DNA of 64,000 nt, taken from the NCBI RefSeq assembly GCF_039541115.1, contig NZ_BAABFP010000008.1, positions 248,001 to 312,000 on the forward strand, in the 5' to 3' direction. The notes below the pieces were generated by a model that saw only the letters and a program-made list of their open reading frames with translations, had not been told where the DNA came from and did not search any database. Numbering within the stretch: position 1 is the stretch's first letter; each line of letters starts with the position of its first letter. This DNA is from Angustibacter luteus. Its GTDB lineage: Bacteria > Actinomycetota > Actinomycetes > Actinomycetales > Angustibacteraceae. The position numbers were made by a program, and so were the translations under genes. Below, piece after piece: positions 35,817-47,906 of the stretch.

Positions 35817-37370
35817 TCAGCGGCCCAACCCGAACGGCGCGTTCTGCACCGGCCACCAGGACGGCTCACCCTGCCGGACGGCCCACCAGGCGAGCCCAGC
35901 CGCCAGCACGACCAGCACCAGCACCCACGTCCAGCGCTGGGTCCGCGGCACGAGCACCCGCAGGCTCGTCGCGGTCCCGCGGCGCAGCGCACCACCACCC
36001 GGCCCCCACCACGCGGTGAGCAAGGCGATCGCCGCACCGGCCCCCACCGCGGGCAGCGACGCGGGATGCGCCGACCCGTCGGACATCGGCAGCACCAGCC
36101 CGACGCAGAACGCCGTCGCCACCCCCAGCAGCACCGGCTGGATCGATGCCAGCGCCTGGACGAACACCGCCCGCAGCAGGTGCCAGGGCGAGCTCAGCGT
36201 GGCGACCCACAGGTCGGAGCGTCGACGTCCACGCTCGTAGCGGCGCCGGGCCAGCACCGTCCGGTTGCGCTCGACCAGCCGGGCCAGCACGCACAGCACC
36301 GCGACGGCGGCGGCCGTGACCACCGGGTCGGCGAGCGCCCCGGCGACCAGGGCCACGAACAGCGCGGCCAGGACCATCGGACGACGTCCGGACGGCGCGT
36401 CCTCGGTTGCGCCGTCCGGCGTGTCGGAGGGCCCGGCGGTTCCCAGCGGCGCCGCGGCGAGCGGCGGCGCGAGCGGATCGTCGTCGTACGAGGGGGGTAC
36501 TTCGGGCATCAGCCGGGTGGCCCCGGGCAGCAAGGTGACGGTCGCGGTGGTGGACTCGCCCGCCGCGTAGCGGTCCAGCGCGTCGATCACCTCGTCCTGG
36601 CCCGGGCGCTGCGCCGGGTCGACGGACAGCGCGGCCGCCAGCAGGGGGCGCAGGCGCTCGTCCACGCCGTCCAGGTCGCTCTGACCGCGGCGCACCCGGT
36701 CGATGACGACGTCCATCGGTCCGCGGCCGAAGGGCGGTCGGCCGCTCGCGGCGAACGTCAGGGTCGCGGCCCAGCCCCACCAGTCCGTGGCCTCGGTGAC
36801 CCGGCCGCCGTCGATCACCTCGGGCGACAGGTAGCCGGGGGTGCCCATGACCAGCCCGGTCGAGGTCAGGCGGATGTCATCGGTCACGTGGGCGATGCCG
36901 AAGTCGATGACCACGGGGTCGCCGTCGAGCACGAGAACGTTGCCGGGCTTGAGGTCGCGGTGCACCACGTGCACGTCGTGGATGGCCTGCAGCGCGCTGG
37001 CCAGCCCCACCCCCAGCCGCAGCAGCTGCGGCGCGGCGAGCGCCCCGTGCTCGCGGACCACGGCGTCCAGGCCCGCGCCGGGCACGAAGCGGGTGACGAC
37101 GTAGGGCTGGTCGCCGTCCAGGTCGGCGTCCAGCACCTCGGCGACCAGGGGGTGCCGGACCCGGCGCAGCGTGGACACCTCGCGGGCCAGCCGAGCCCGC
37201 GCGTCGGGGTCGTGCGCGATGTGCGGGCGCAGCACCTTGATGGCCACCGCGCGTCCGGCCCGGTCCAGCCCGAGGTGGACGACGCCCATGCCGCCCTCGC
37301 CGAGGCGGCCGTGGAGGCGGTACGGACCGAGCGTGGTGCTCTGCTCGGCGGTGCGCTCCCCCATGGACAT
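35817..37370 (-). CDS. Hanks-type Ser/Thr protein kinase with C-terminal TM helices
   Basis: LGEGGMGVV, VAIK, HRDLKPGN, DFG and GTPGYLSPE. Confidence 0.95.
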   Translation of the reverse strand: MSMGERTAEQSTTLGPYRLHGRLGEGGMGVVHLGLDRAGRAVAIKVLRPHIAHDPDARARLAREVSTLRRVRHPLVAEVLDADLDGDQPYVVTRFVPGAGLDAVVREHGALAAPQLLRLGVGLASALQAIHDVHVVHRDLKPGNVLVLDGDPVVIDFGIAHVTDDIRLTSTGLVMGTPGYLSPEVIDGGRVTEATDWWGWAATLTFAASGRPPFGRGPMDVVIDRVRRGQSDLDGVDERLRPLLAAALSVDPAQRPGQDEVIDALDRYAAGESTTATVTLLPGATRLMPEVPPSYDDDPLAPPLAAAPLGTAGPSDTPDGATEDAPSGRRPMVLAALFVALVAGALADPVVTAAAVAVLCVLARLVERNRTVLARRRYERGRRRSDLWVATLSSPWHLLRAVFVQALASIQPVLLGVATAFCVGLVLPMSDGSAHPASLPAVGAGAAIALLTAWWGPGGGALRRGTATSLRVLVPRTQRWTWVLVLVVLAAGLAWWAVRQGEPSWWPVQNAPFGLGR

Positions 37371-37394
37371 GCGCACCACGGTACGCGAGCAGGG

Positions 37395-37823
37395 CTACTG
37401 GTTGATGTAACCCACGAGCTGGTCGCGCTCGTCCTGCAGCTCGTCGATGCGGTGCTTGACCAGGTCGCCGATGCTGACGATGCCGTGCAGCTTCCCGTCG
37501 ACGACCACCGGGATGTGCCGCACGCGCTGGTCGGTCATCAACCGCATCAGGTGCTCGACGTTGTCCTCGGGGCCGCAGGTGGTCACGTCGGCGGTCATCA
37601 GGTCGGACACCGGCAGGCCCAGGACGTCGACACCGCGGCGGTGCAGCCCCCGGACGATGTCGCGCTCGCTGACGATCCCGTCGACGGCGGCACCGTCGGC
37701 GGACACGACGACCGCACCGATCTTGTGCTCGGCGAGCAGGGTGAGCAGCTCGGTGACGGTGTGGTCTGGCCGCACCGTCACGACCTCGGCCCCCTTGCGC
37801 CTGATGACGTCGGTGATGCGCAT
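37395..37823 (-). CDS. CBS domain protein
   Basis: GIVSERDI, RHIPVV and GIVSIGDLVK. Confidence 0.92.
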   Translation of the reverse strand: MRITDVIRRKGAEVVTVRPDHTVTELLTLLAEHKIGAVVVSADGAAVDGIVSERDIVRGLHRRGVDVLGLPVSDLMTADVTTCGPEDNVEHLMRLMTDQRVRHIPVVVDGKLHGIVSIGDLVKHRIDELQDERDQLVGYINQ

Positions 37824-37971
37824 GACGATCGCCTCCTGTGCCCCTAGCCAGATGCCCGGTCAGCTCGCCGTCTCACCGTAGCGAGATCCCGCCCGCGGCG
37901 ACAGATTCGCAGGCCGGTCATAGGCTGGCACGACATCCCCTGCACCGCCGTCTGTACCGAGGAGCCCCTCC

Positions 37972-39441
37972 GTGACCCGCCCGGCCTCCACGACCGAACC
38001 GCGCGGGACCCGCGACCAGAGCCCGGCCGAGGGCACCTACGAGCTGGTCGTGGTGGCGAACCGCCTCCCGGTGGACCGCGTCACGGACGACGACGGCACG
38101 GTGCGCTGGCAGCAGAGCCCCGGCGGCCTGGTGACGGCCATGCAGTCCGTGATGACCGGTCAGGACGGCGCGTGGGTGGGCTGGTCGGGCGACCCGGGCG
38201 AGGCGCCGGAGCCGTTCGACTCCGGGGACATGCACCTGCACGCGGTGGGCTTGACCGAGCAGGAGATCGAGGACCACTACGAGGGCTTCAGCAACGAGAC
38301 GCTGTGGCCGCTCTACCACGACGTGATCGTGCCGCCGCGGTTCCGCCGGCGCTGGTTCGACGGCTACCGGACCGTCAACCGGCGCTTCGCCGAGGTCGCC
38401 GCCTCGCTCGCGGCGCCGGGGGCGACGGTCTGGGTGCACGACTACCAGCTCCAGCTGGTCCCGGCGATGCTGCGCGAGCTGCGGCCCGACGTCCGGATCG
38501 GCTGGTTCAACCACATCCCGTTCCCCGGCGTCGAGATCTTCGCCCAGCTGCCGTGGCGCAAGCACGTCGTGCAGGGGCTGCTGGGCGCGGACCTGCTGGG
38601 CTTCCAGCGCCGCGCGGACGCCGACAACTTCCTGCGGGTCTGCCGCCGGCTGCTCGGCCTGCACACCCGTGGCGGCACCGTCGAGGTCCCCGGGCCGGGC
38701 GACAGCACGCGGGTGGTGCGGGCCAGCTCGTTCCCCATCTCGATCGACGCGGCGAGCCTGTCCGACCTGGCCCGCACGCCCGAGGTGATGGAGCGGGCCA
38801 GGCAGATCCGACGCGACCTCGGCGACCCCGAGCACGTGCTGCTCGGCGTCGACCGGCTCGACTACACGAAGGGCATCCGGCACCGCCTCAAGGCGTACGA
38901 GGAGCTGCTGTCCGACGGCGTGCTCGCGCCGCCCCAGGCCGTCCTCGTGCAGGTCGCGACGCCGAGCCGGGAGCGGGTGTCGGCCTACATCCAGCTGCGC
39001 GAGCAGGTCGAGGTCACCGTGGGTCGCGCCAACGGCGACTTCGGCCACCTCGGCATGCCGGCCATCCACTACCTGCACCAGTCCTACGGGCGGGCCGAGA
39101 TGGCAGCGATGTTCCTGGCTGCCGACGTGATGCTGGTGACCCCACTGCGGGACGGCATGAACCTCGTGGCCAAGGAGTACGTGACGTGCCGCCACGACGA
39201 CGGCGGAGCGCTGGTGCTGTCCGAGTTCACCGGCGCGGCCGGCGAGCTCGACCGGGCGTTCATCTGCAACCCGCACGACATCGACGGCCTGAAGTACACG
39301 ATCCGGCACGCCCTGGACGCCGACCCGGCCGAGAAGCGGCGACGGATGCGGGCCATGCGACGGCGGGTCGCCGAGTACGACGTGAGCCGGTGGGCGGGCG
39401 ACTTCCTGGCCGCCCTGGACGCCGCACCGGACCGGCCGTGA
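37972..39441 (+). CDS. otsA: Trehalose-6-phosphate synthase
   Basis: VANRLP, WVHDYQL, GVDRLDYTKGI and RDGMNLVAKEY. Confidence 0.96.
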   Translation: MTRPASTTEPRGTRDQSPAEGTYELVVVANRLPVDRVTDDDGTVRWQQSPGGLVTAMQSVMTGQDGAWVGWSGDPGEAPEPFDSGDMHLHAVGLTEQEIEDHYEGFSNETLWPLYHDVIVPPRFRRRWFDGYRTVNRRFAEVAASLAAPGATVWVHDYQLQLVPAMLRELRPDVRIGWFNHIPFPGVEIFAQLPWRKHVVQGLLGADLLGFQRRADADNFLRVCRRLLGLHTRGGTVEVPGPGDSTRVVRASSFPISIDAASLSDLARTPEVMERARQIRRDLGDPEHVLLGVDRLDYTKGIRHRLKAYEELLSDGVLAPPQAVLVQVATPSRERVSAYIQLREQVEVTVGRANGDFGHLGMPAIHYLHQSYGRAEMAAMFLAADVMLVTPLRDGMNLVAKEYVTCRHDDGGALVLSEFTGAAGELDRAFICNPHDIDGLKYTIRHALDADPAEKRRRMRAMRRRVAEYDVSRWAGDFLAALDAAPDRP

Positions 39442-40220
39442 GCGCGCTGGACGGGCCGGACCCGTTGCTGCAGCAGGCATTGACCGACTTGGGCCGTGGT
39501 CGGCCGCTGCTGGTCGGGCTGGACTTCGACGGGGTGCTCGCCCCGTTCGTGCCGCACCCCTCGGAGGCGGTCGCACTGCCCGGCACGATGGACGCGATCC
39601 GCGATCTCGTTGCGCTGGAGGGGGTCTACGTCGCCCTGGTCTCCGGACGGGCCCGCGCCGACCTGGCGGAGCGGACCGGCGTCGCGCTGGACGACGAGCA
39701 CCTGCTGCTGGTCGGCAGCCACGGCGCCGAGCTGCCGCTCGACGGGCACGACGACGGCCTCGACGATGCCGAGCACGAGCGGCTGTCCGCGGTGCAGGCG
39801 CGGCTGGAAACCCTTGCGGCAGAGCACCCCGGGGCGTTCGTCGAGCACAAGCCCAGTGCCGCCGTCCTGCACACCCGACGGCTGCCGCCGGACGAGGCGC
39901 CGGTGGTGACGGCGCAGGCGCTGGCACTGATGGCCGACGTCCCGGACGTGCACGTGACCCGCGGCAAGGAGGTCGTCGAGGTCGCCGTCACCCAGGCCAG
40001 CAAGGGCGCGGCGATCAGCCGGCTGCGCGACCACCACAGTGCCGTCGGCGCCCTGTACGTGGGAGACGACGTGACGGACGAGACGGTGTTCGTGCTGCTC
40101 GGCGAGGGCGACGTCGGGGTCAAGGTGGGCGACGGCGACACGGCCGCGCGGTTCCGCATCGCCGACCCGGTCGCCGTCCGGTCGCTGCTGCAGTCCCTAC
40201 CCAACCTGCTGCTCCGCTGA
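39438..40220 (+). CDS. otsB: Trehalose-6-phosphate phosphatase
   Basis: LDFDGVLAP, VSGR, GSHGAE, SKG and GDDVTDE. Confidence 0.94.
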   Translation: MSALDGPDPLLQQALTDLGRGRPLLVGLDFDGVLAPFVPHPSEAVALPGTMDAIRDLVALEGVYVALVSGRARADLAERTGVALDDEHLLLVGSHGAELPLDGHDDGLDDAEHERLSAVQARLETLAAEHPGAFVEHKPSAAVLHTRRLPPDEAPVVTAQALALMADVPDVHVTRGKEVVEVAVTQASKGAAISRLRDHHSAVGALYVGDDVTDETVFVLLGEGDVGVKVGDGDTAARFRIADPVAVRSLLQSLPNLLLR

Positions 40221-40226
40221 CCCACC

Positions 40227-40346
40227 CACCCACCCCACTTCCGCCACCCACCCCACTTCCGCCACCCACCCCACTTCCGCCACCCAGTCCGCTTTCCGCC
40301 ACCCGGCCCGCTTTCGCGGCGGGAGGACCGGCCTGAGTGGCGGAAA
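40227..40346. repeat. 18-bp tandem repeat (3 exact copies plus degenerate copies) with a terminal inverted copy
   Basis: CACCCACCCCACTTCCGC at 40227, 40245 and 40263; TTTCCGCCAC pairs with GTGGCGGAAA near 40337-40346. Confidence 0.85.
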
Positions 40347-40358
40347 CCCTGCGAGGCG

Positions 40359-41381
40359 TCAGCGGCGGACGACGGCCGGCACCGCGCCGGTGGACCCGCG
40401 GACGACGAGCTCGGGGCGGAACACGTACTCGGCCCGGGGCGCGGGCTGGCCGCTGATCTCGTCCACGAGAGCCCGCACTGCGGCCTCACCCATGGCTTGC
40501 ACGGACTGCCGCAGGGTCGTCAGCGGCGGGTCGGTGAACGCGACCAGCGGCGAGTCGTCGTACCCGACCACGGACACGTCCTCGGGGACCCGCAGCCCCA
40601 TGGACCGGGCGGCCCGGATCGCGCCGAACGCCATCAGGTCCGACCCGCAGACGATGGCGGTGCAGCCGCGGTCCAGCAGCCGCTGCGCCGCCGCCGCGCC
40701 GCCCTCGACGGTGAACAGCGACCGCTCGATGAGGTCCTCGACGTCGGCGGGCGCGACCACCGACGCCATGGCCTGCCGGAAACCGGCGATCTTGCGGATG
40801 GCCGGCACGAACCGCTCCGGACCGACGGCGAGGCCGATCCTGGTGTGCCCCAACGCCCGCAGGTGCGCCACGGCGAGCTCGGAGGACGCCAGGTCGTCGC
40901 TGGACACGCAGGGCGCCTCGACGTCGTCCGCGTAGCCGTTCACCAGCACGATCGGCAGGCCGCGGGCGGTGAGCTGCCGGTAGCGCTCGTGGTCCGCGAG
41001 TGAGTCCGCGTGCAGGCCGGAGACGAAGATGATGCCGCTGACACTGCGCTCCAGGAGCATCTGCGTGTAGTCGTCCTCGTGCACGCCGCCGGGCGTCTGG
41101 GTGCACAGCACCGGCGTGAAGCCGTGCCGGGCCAGCGCGGTCTCGATGACCTGCGCGAACGCCGGGAAGATCGGGTTGGCCAGCTCGGGGACGATCAGCC
41201 CGACCAGCCCGGCACTCTTGCGCCGCAGCCGGGTCGGGCGCTCGTAGCCGAGCACGTCCAGGGCGGTGAGCACGGCCTGCCGGGTCGAGTCGGCGACGCC
41301 CGGCTTGCCGTTCAGCACCCGGCTGACCGTCGCCTCGCTGACCTTTGCCTGCGCCGCGATGTCCGCCAGACGGGCTGCCAT
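40359..41381 (-). CDS. LacI family regulator, Streptomyces MalR-like
   Basis: RLADIAAQAKVSEATVSRVLNGKPGV...LDVLGYERP, VSGLHAD and PPLTT. Confidence 0.9.
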   Translation of the reverse strand: MAARLADIAAQAKVSEATVSRVLNGKPGVADSTRQAVLTALDVLGYERPTRLRRKSAGLVGLIVPELANPIFPAFAQVIETALARHGFTPVLCTQTPGGVHEDDYTQMLLERSVSGIIFVSGLHADSLADHERYRQLTARGLPIVLVNGYADDVEAPCVSSDDLASSELAVAHLRALGHTRIGLAVGPERFVPAIRKIAGFRQAMASVVAPADVEDLIERSLFTVEGGAAAAQRLLDRGCTAIVCGSDLMAFGAIRAARSMGLRVPEDVSVVGYDDSPLVAFTDPPLTTLRQSVQAMGEAAVRALVDEISGQPAPRAEYVFRPELVVRGSTGAVPAVVRR

Positions 41382-41397
41382 GGATGTCCCTTCGCTC

Positions 41398-41415
41398 GCA
41401 AGTTCTTGCAGCAAG
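41398..41415. promoter_or_regulatory. Probable LacI/MalR operator
   Basis: GCAAG-TT-CTTGC palindrome containing CTTGCA between divergent lacI and msiK. Confidence 0.55.
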
Positions 41416-41562
41416 AGGATACGGCCGCTGTGCACGAACTGTGCGAAAGAACGCCGCAAAGCCTGTACGTCGGGCGTTTCGTCATGCAGGATGAGGACCG
41501 CTCCACCTCCCACGACGGATCGTCCGGCACGTACCTGCCGGTGGAAGGAACGTGATCTCAGC

Positions 41563-42672
<1,110 letters not shown>

Positions 42673-42677
42673 CTGCT

Positions 42678-42718
42678 GACCCCGTCCCTGCCCGCCGCCC
42701 GGCGGGTGGGGACGGGTC
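42678..42718 (+). terminator. GC-rich hairpin after msiK
   Basis: GACCCCGTCCC-TGCCCGCC / GGCGGGTGGGGACGGGTC. Confidence 0.45.
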
Positions 42719-42733
42719 GCACCAGCGGCAGCC

Positions 42734-43984
42734 ATGAGCTCCCTCCAGATCACCTCGGCGCGGCCCGACTCCGCGCTGCTGGACCTGCCCTGGGACATCC
42801 CGCTCGAGGACTGGCCCGCCGAGACGCTCGCCGCGCTGCCCCGCGGCATCTCCCGGCACGTCGTCCGCTTCGCCAAGCTGTCCGGCAGCGTCGTGGCGAT
42901 CAAGGAGATCCGCGAGGACCTCGCCCGGCGCGAGTACGGCCTGCTGCGTCTGCTGAACCGCCTCGACGTCCCCTCGGTCGAACCCGTCGGGGTGATCACC
43001 GGACGCACCGGCAGGGACGGGGCCCCACTGGACCCGTGCCTGATCACCCGGCACCTGCAGTTCTCCCTGCCCTACCGCGCCCTGTTCAGCCAGAACCTGC
43101 GGCCGGACACGGCGTCCCGGCTCGTCGACGCGCTGGCCGTGCTGCTCGTCCGGTTGCACCTGAACGGGTTCTTCTGGGGCGACGTCAGCCTCTCGAACAC
43201 GCTGTTCCGCCGCGACGCGGGCTCGTTCGCCGCCTACCTCGTGGACGCCGAGACCGGCGAGCTGCACAACCACCTCAGCGACGGCCAGCGCGAGCACGAC
43301 CTCGAGATCGCCCGGGTCAACATCGCCGGCGAGCTGATGGACCTGCAGGCCGGCGGGCTCCTGGAGACGGACGACGAACCGCTGCTGACCAGCGAACGGA
43401 TCATCCACCGGTACCGGTCCCTGTGGGACGAGCTCACCGGCACCGAGTCGTTCGAGCAGGGCGAGCGCTGGCGGGTCGAGGCCCGGATCCGCAAGCTCAA
43501 CGAGCTCGGCTTCGACGTCGGCGAGCTCGCGATCACCACGGACATCGACGGCGCCACCGTGCAGATCCAGCCCAAGGTGGTGGACGCCGGGCACCACTCG
43601 CGGCGGCTGCTGCGGCTCACCGGCCTCGACGTCGGGGAGAACCAGGCCCGGCGCCTGCTCAACGACCTGGACAGCTTCGCCGCCGCCGAGGAGCGCCAGG
43701 GCGAGGACGAGGAGATCCTTGCCCACGAGTGGCTGTCCCAGGTCTTCGAGAAGGTCATCCGCAAGGTGCCCCGCAAGCTGCGCACCAAGCTGGAGCCCGC
43801 CGAGCTGTTCCACGAGGTCCTCGAGCACCGCTGGTACCTGAGCGAGCGGGCCGGCCACGACGTCAGCCTGAAGAAGGCCGTCGAGGACTACGTGCAGGAG
43901 GTCCTGCCGACCAAGCCCGACGAGGTCGCGATCCTCGGCGTCGACACCCAGGCCATCCCGGTCATCGCTCCTCGCGACTCGTAG
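42734..43984 (+). CDS. DUF4032 domain / LPS kinase-like protein
   Basis: LPRGISRHVVRF, WGDVSLSNTLFRRDAG and EVLEHRWYLSE. Confidence 0.88.
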   Translation: MSSLQITSARPDSALLDLPWDIPLEDWPAETLAALPRGISRHVVRFAKLSGSVVAIKEIREDLARREYGLLRLLNRLDVPSVEPVGVITGRTGRDGAPLDPCLITRHLQFSLPYRALFSQNLRPDTASRLVDALAVLLVRLHLNGFFWGDVSLSNTLFRRDAGSFAAYLVDAETGELHNHLSDGQREHDLEIARVNIAGELMDLQAGGLLETDDEPLLTSERIIHRYRSLWDELTGTESFEQGERWRVEARIRKLNELGFDVGELAITTDIDGATVQIQPKVVDAGHHSRRLLRLTGLDVGENQARRLLNDLDSFAAAEERQGEDEEILAHEWLSQVFEKVIRKVPRKLRTKLEPAELFHEVLEHRWYLSERAGHDVSLKKAVEDYVQEVLPTKPDEVAILGVDTQAIPVIAPRDS

Positions 43985-43991
43985 GGGGTCC

Positions 43992-44262
43992 GGGCGAGGC
44001 GGCCGCCGACCTACGGGCGACTCTCGCAAGCTCGTTTGACGTCGCCCTCCGGTCGCCGTCCGCCTCGCCCTCGCTGCCCTCCGGCGGGCGTCACGACCCG
44101 GCTGCGCCAGGGTGCCGATGCACTCCTGTGCGTGGCTACGAGAGCCCGACGAGGCGCAGCCGAGCCAAGGCCGAGGAGCCGAAGGCGACGAACGGGCCGA
44201 GGGGTACGGCGACGTCAAACGAGCTTGCGAGAGTCGCCGTTCCCCTCGGCCCGTTCGTCGCC
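43992..44262. repeat. Nested inverted-repeat element: two hairpins with reverse-complementary loops
   Basis: 31-bp perfect inverted repeat GGCGACTCTCGCAAGCTCGTTTGACGTCGCC (44016-44046 / 44208-44238), each copy inside a different local stem. Confidence 0.8.
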
Positions 44263-44272
44263 GACCCCAGCC

Positions 44273-45304
44273 CTACGAGCCGTGGGCTCGCCGCCGAGCA
44301 ACTTCGTAGAGCGCGACTCCGGCCGCGACCCCGGCGTTCAGGGACTCGGTGGCGGCGTGCATGGGGATCGACACGATCATGTCGCACTGCTCGCGCACCA
44401 GCCGGGACAGGCCCTTGCCCTCGGAGCCGACCACGATCACCAGCGGGTCGTGCGCCATGGTCAGGTCGGGCAGCTCCAGGTCGCCCTCCATGTCGAGGCC
44501 CACGACGAAGCACCCGGCCTGCTGCAACGACTCGAGCGCCCGGGTCAGGTTGGTGGCGCGCGCGACCGGCAGCCGGGCCGCGGCGCCGGCGGAGGTCTTC
44601 CAGGCTCCGGCGGTCATGCCGGCGGCCCGTCGCTCGGGGACGATCACCCCGTGCCCGCCGAACGCGGCCGCGGACCGGACGACGGCCCCGAGGTTGCGCG
44701 GGTCGGTGACGGCGTCCAGGGCGACGATCAGCGCGGGCTGCCCGGCGTCGTCCGCCGCGGCGAGCAGGTCGGACGGGTGCGCGTACTCGTACGGCGGCAC
44801 CTGCAACGCCAGACCCTGGTGGATGGCGCCGTCGGTGAGCCTGTCGAGCTCGCCGCGAGGGGTCTCGAGGATGTTCAGGCCACGCGAGGTGGCGATCTTC
44901 AGGGACTCCTTGACCCGGTCGTCGGAGTCGATCCGGCTCGCGACGTACATGGCGGTCACCGGGATCTCAGCCCGCAACGCCTCCACGACGCTGTTGCGCC
45001 CCGCGACGACCTCACTGCTCGCCTTGCCGGTGCGCCGCACGGGACGGCCAGGAGCGCGCCCACCGGGTCGACCGCCGGATCGGCCGTCGGACGTCGGGGT
45101 GCGACCACCCTTGGTCAGCGCGGCCTCGCGGCGCTCGGCGCCCCGCTTCCGCTTGGCCGCGATGTGCTTCTCGCGGTCCTCGGCCTTCGGCGTGGGCCCC
45201 TTGCCCTGCAGGCTCTTGCGCTTCTGGCCGCCGGTGCCCACGAGGGGCCCCTTGCGCGACGCGCCCTTGCGCATCGCGCCCTTGCGCTGTGAGTTGCCGG
45301 GCAT
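44273..45304 (-). CDS. rlmB: 23S rRNA (guanosine-2'-O)-methyltransferase
   Basis: [25 protein letters not shown] and ESLNA; follows cysS. Confidence 0.95.
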   Translation of the reverse strand: MPGNSQRKGAMRKGASRKGPLVGTGGQKRKSLQGKGPTPKAEDREKHIAAKRKRGAERREAALTKGGRTPTSDGRSGGRPGGRAPGRPVRRTGKASSEVVAGRNSVVEALRAEIPVTAMYVASRIDSDDRVKESLKIATSRGLNILETPRGELDRLTDGAIHQGLALQVPPYEYAHPSDLLAAADDAGQPALIVALDAVTDPRNLGAVVRSAAAFGGHGVIVPERRAAGMTAGAWKTSAGAAARLPVARATNLTRALESLQQAGCFVVGLDMEGDLELPDLTMAHDPLVIVVGSEGKGLSRLVREQCDMIVSIPMHAATESLNAGVAAGVALYEVARRRAHGS

Positions 45305-46767
45305 CAGGACTCGCTCTCGGTGTCGGTGGTGCTGCGCAGCAACGACCAGCGGGCCCCTGCAGGTGTGTCCTCGACGGCGATTCCCGCCGCGGTCAACCGG
45401 TCTCGGACGGCGTCGGCGGCGGCGAAGTCGCGGGCGGCGCGGGCGGCCTGGCGGTGGTCCAGCTCGGCCTGCACCAGGGCGGCCAGCGCAACTGCCGTCC
45501 GGTCGTCGTTCGCGCTGGAGCCCTGGTGCCACACCGGGTCCAGCGGGTTCACGCCGAGGACGTCGGTCATCGCCAGCACCGCACCGGCCGCGACCAGCGC
45601 GGTCGCGTCGTCGCCGTCGTCCAGTGCCGTGTTGCCGGCCCGGACGGTGTCGTGCACCACGGCCAGGCCGCCGGAGACGTTGAGGTCGTCATCCATCGCA
45701 GCGGCGAACGCGTCGGGCACCTCGGCGTCGACCGGCAGCTCACCGACCCGGGCCGCCCGGCCGAGGAAGTGCTCGATCCGCTCCACCGCGGTCTCGGCCT
45801 CGCGCAGCGAGTCCGGCGTGTACTCGATCATCGAGCGGTAGTGCGCCGCGCCGAGGTAGTAGCGCAGGGCCAGCGGCCGCACCGACTTCAGCACCTCGGA
45901 CACGATGAGCGAGTTGCCCAGCGACTTGCTCATCTTCTCGCCGCCGATGGTGACCCACCCGTTGTGCAGCCAGTACCGGGCGAAGCCGAGACCCGCCGCG
46001 TGCGACTGGGCCTGCTCGTTCTCGTGGTGCGGGAACCGCAGGTCGACCCCACCGCCGTGGATGTCGAACGTGTCGCCGAGGTACTTGCGGGCCATCGCGG
46101 AGCACTCCAGGTGCCAGCCGGGCCGCCCGCGCCCGAACGGCGACGTCCAGCTCGCCGACTCGGGCTCGCCGGCCTTGTGGCCCTTCCACAGCGCGAAGTC
46201 GCGGGCGTCCCGCTTGCCGCGCGGGTCGGCGTCCTCCGCGGGGTTCATGTCGTCGATCTTCTGGTGGGTGAGCGAGCCGTACTCGGGCCAGGACTTCACC
46301 TCGAAGTAGACGTCGCCGGCGCCCTCGCCGCCGCCCGCCCCGTCGTCGTCGCCCGGGTAGGCGTAGCCGGCGTCCACGAGGGTCTGCATCAGCTCGACCA
46401 TCTCGGGGATGTGCCCGGTGGCGCGCGGCTCGTAGGTGGCCGGGAGCACGCCCAGGGCGTCCAGCGCCGCCGAGGTCTGCCGCTCGAAGGTGTACGCCCA
46501 GGCGAACCAGTCGACCCCGGCGGCCTCGGACTTGGCGAGGATCTTGTCGTCGATGTCCGTGACGTTGCGGACCAGGGTGACCTCGAGGTCGTGCCCGCGG
46601 GTCAGCCAGCGGCGCAGGATGTCGAAGGCCACGGTGAACCGGACGTGACCGATGTGCGGCGCCCCCTGCACCGTGAGCCCGCAGATGTACAGCCCAGCCC
46701 GACCAGGCTGCAGCGGCTCGAAGTCACGCAGCTCACGCGTGGCGGTGTCGTAAAGGCGAAGGCTCAC
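45304..46767 (-). CDS. cysS: Cysteine--tRNA ligase
   Basis: CGLTVQ...[29 protein letters not shown] and KMSKS. Confidence 0.97.
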   Translation of the reverse strand: MSLRLYDTATRELRDFEPLQPGRAGLYICGLTVQGAPHIGHVRFTVAFDILRRWLTRGHDLEVTLVRNVTDIDDKILAKSEAAGVDWFAWAYTFERQTSAALDALGVLPATYEPRATGHIPEMVELMQTLVDAGYAYPGDDDGAGGGEGAGDVYFEVKSWPEYGSLTHQKIDDMNPAEDADPRGKRDARDFALWKGHKAGEPESASWTSPFGRGRPGWHLECSAMARKYLGDTFDIHGGGVDLRFPHHENEQAQSHAAGLGFARYWLHNGWVTIGGEKMSKSLGNSLIVSEVLKSVRPLALRYYLGAAHYRSMIEYTPDSLREAETAVERIEHFLGRAARVGELPVDAEVPDAFAAAMDDDLNVSGGLAVVHDTVRAGNTALDDGDDATALVAAGAVLAMTDVLGVNPLDPVWHQGSSANDDRTAVALAALVQAELDHRQAARAARDFAAADAVRDRLTAAGIAVEDTPAGARWSLLRSTTDTESES

Positions 46768-46820
46768 CGGTCAAGGTTACCGGTGGTCACGGGCCGCTCG
46801 TGACCCGTAGATTCGCCGAC

Positions 46821-47906
46821 ATGCCGCAGACAGTGCAGGGAGTCATCGCGCGCGCCAAGGGCGCCGCCGTCGAGCTGGTCGAGATCGTCGTCCCGGACCC
46901 GGGGCCAGGTGAGGCCGTCGTCGCCGTCCAGGCCTGTGGGGTGTGCCACACGGACCTGCACTACCGGGAGGGCGGGATCAACGACGACTTCCCGTTCCTG
47001 CTCGGTCACGAGGCGGCCGGGGTCGTCGAGGCGGTCGGTGAGGGCGTCACGGACGTCGCACCGGGCGACTTCGTGATCCTGAACTGGCGCGCCGTGTGCG
47101 GGTCCTGCCGGGCCTGTCTCAAGGGCAGGCCCTGGTACTGCTTCAACACCCACAACGCGACCCAGCGGATGACCCTGACCGACGGCACCGAGCTGTCCCC
47201 CGCCCTCGGCATCGGGGCATTCGTCGAGAAGACGCTCGTGCACGCCGGGCAGTGCACCAAGGTCGACCCGGCCGCGCCGGCCACCGCCGCCGGGCTGCTC
47301 GGCTGCGGGGTCATGGCCGGCTTCGGTGCGGCCGTGAACACCGGCGGCGTCGGCCGCGGCGACTCGGTGGCCGTGATCGGCTGCGGCGGGGTCGGCAACG
47401 CGGCCATCGCGGGCTCGGTGCTGGCCGGGGCCAGCACCGTGATCGCCGTGGACGTCGATGACCGGAAGCTGGAGTGGGCCAAGGGCTTCGGCGCCACGCA
47501 CACGGTGAACAGCCGCGAGCGGGACGCCGTCGAGGCGATCCGGGAGCTCACCGGCGGGTTCGGTGCGGACGTCGTCGTGGAGGCCGTGGGCCGTCCGGAG
47601 ACCTACGAGCAGGCGTTCTACGCGCGCGACCTGGCCGGCACCGTCGTCCTGGTGGGCGTGCCGACGCCGGACCTGAAGGTCGAGCTGCCGATGATCGAGA
47701 TCTTCGGCCGCGGCGGCGCGCTGAAGTCCAGCTGGTACGGCGACTGCCTGCCCAGCCGGGACTTCCCGATGCTCATCGACCTCTACCGGCAGGGCCGCTT
47801 CGACCTCGACGGCTTCGTCAGCGAGACCATCGGCCTCGGCGACATCGAGGCCGCGTTCGAGAAGATGCACCGCGGCGAGGTCCTGCGCTCGGTCGTCGTG
47901 CTGTGA
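46821..47906 (+). CDS. mscR: S-(hydroxymethyl)mycothiol dehydrogenase / S-nitrosomycothiol reductase
   Basis: [32 protein letters not shown] and SSWYGDCLP. Confidence 0.9.
   Translation: MPQTVQGVIARAKGAAVELVEIVVPDPGPGEAVVAVQACGVCHTDLHYREGGINDDFPFLLGHEAAGVVEAVGEGVTDVAPGDFVILNWRAVCGSCRACLKGRPWYCFNTHNATQRMTLTDGTELSPALGIGAFVEKTLVHAGQCTKVDPAAPATAAGLLGCGVMAGFGAAVNTGGVGRGDSVAVIGCGGVGNAAIAGSVLAGASTVIAVDVDDRKLEWAKGFGATHTVNSRERDAVEAIRELTGGFGADVVVEAVGRPETYEQAFYARDLAGTVVLVGVPTPDLKVELPMIEIFGRGGALKSSWYGDCLPSRDFPMLIDLYRQGRFDLDGFVSETIGLGDIEAAFEKMHRGEVLRSVVVL

Noticed and set aside
40227..40280. Possible CRISPR repeats
   Set aside because: Head-to-tail tandem repeats with no spacers.
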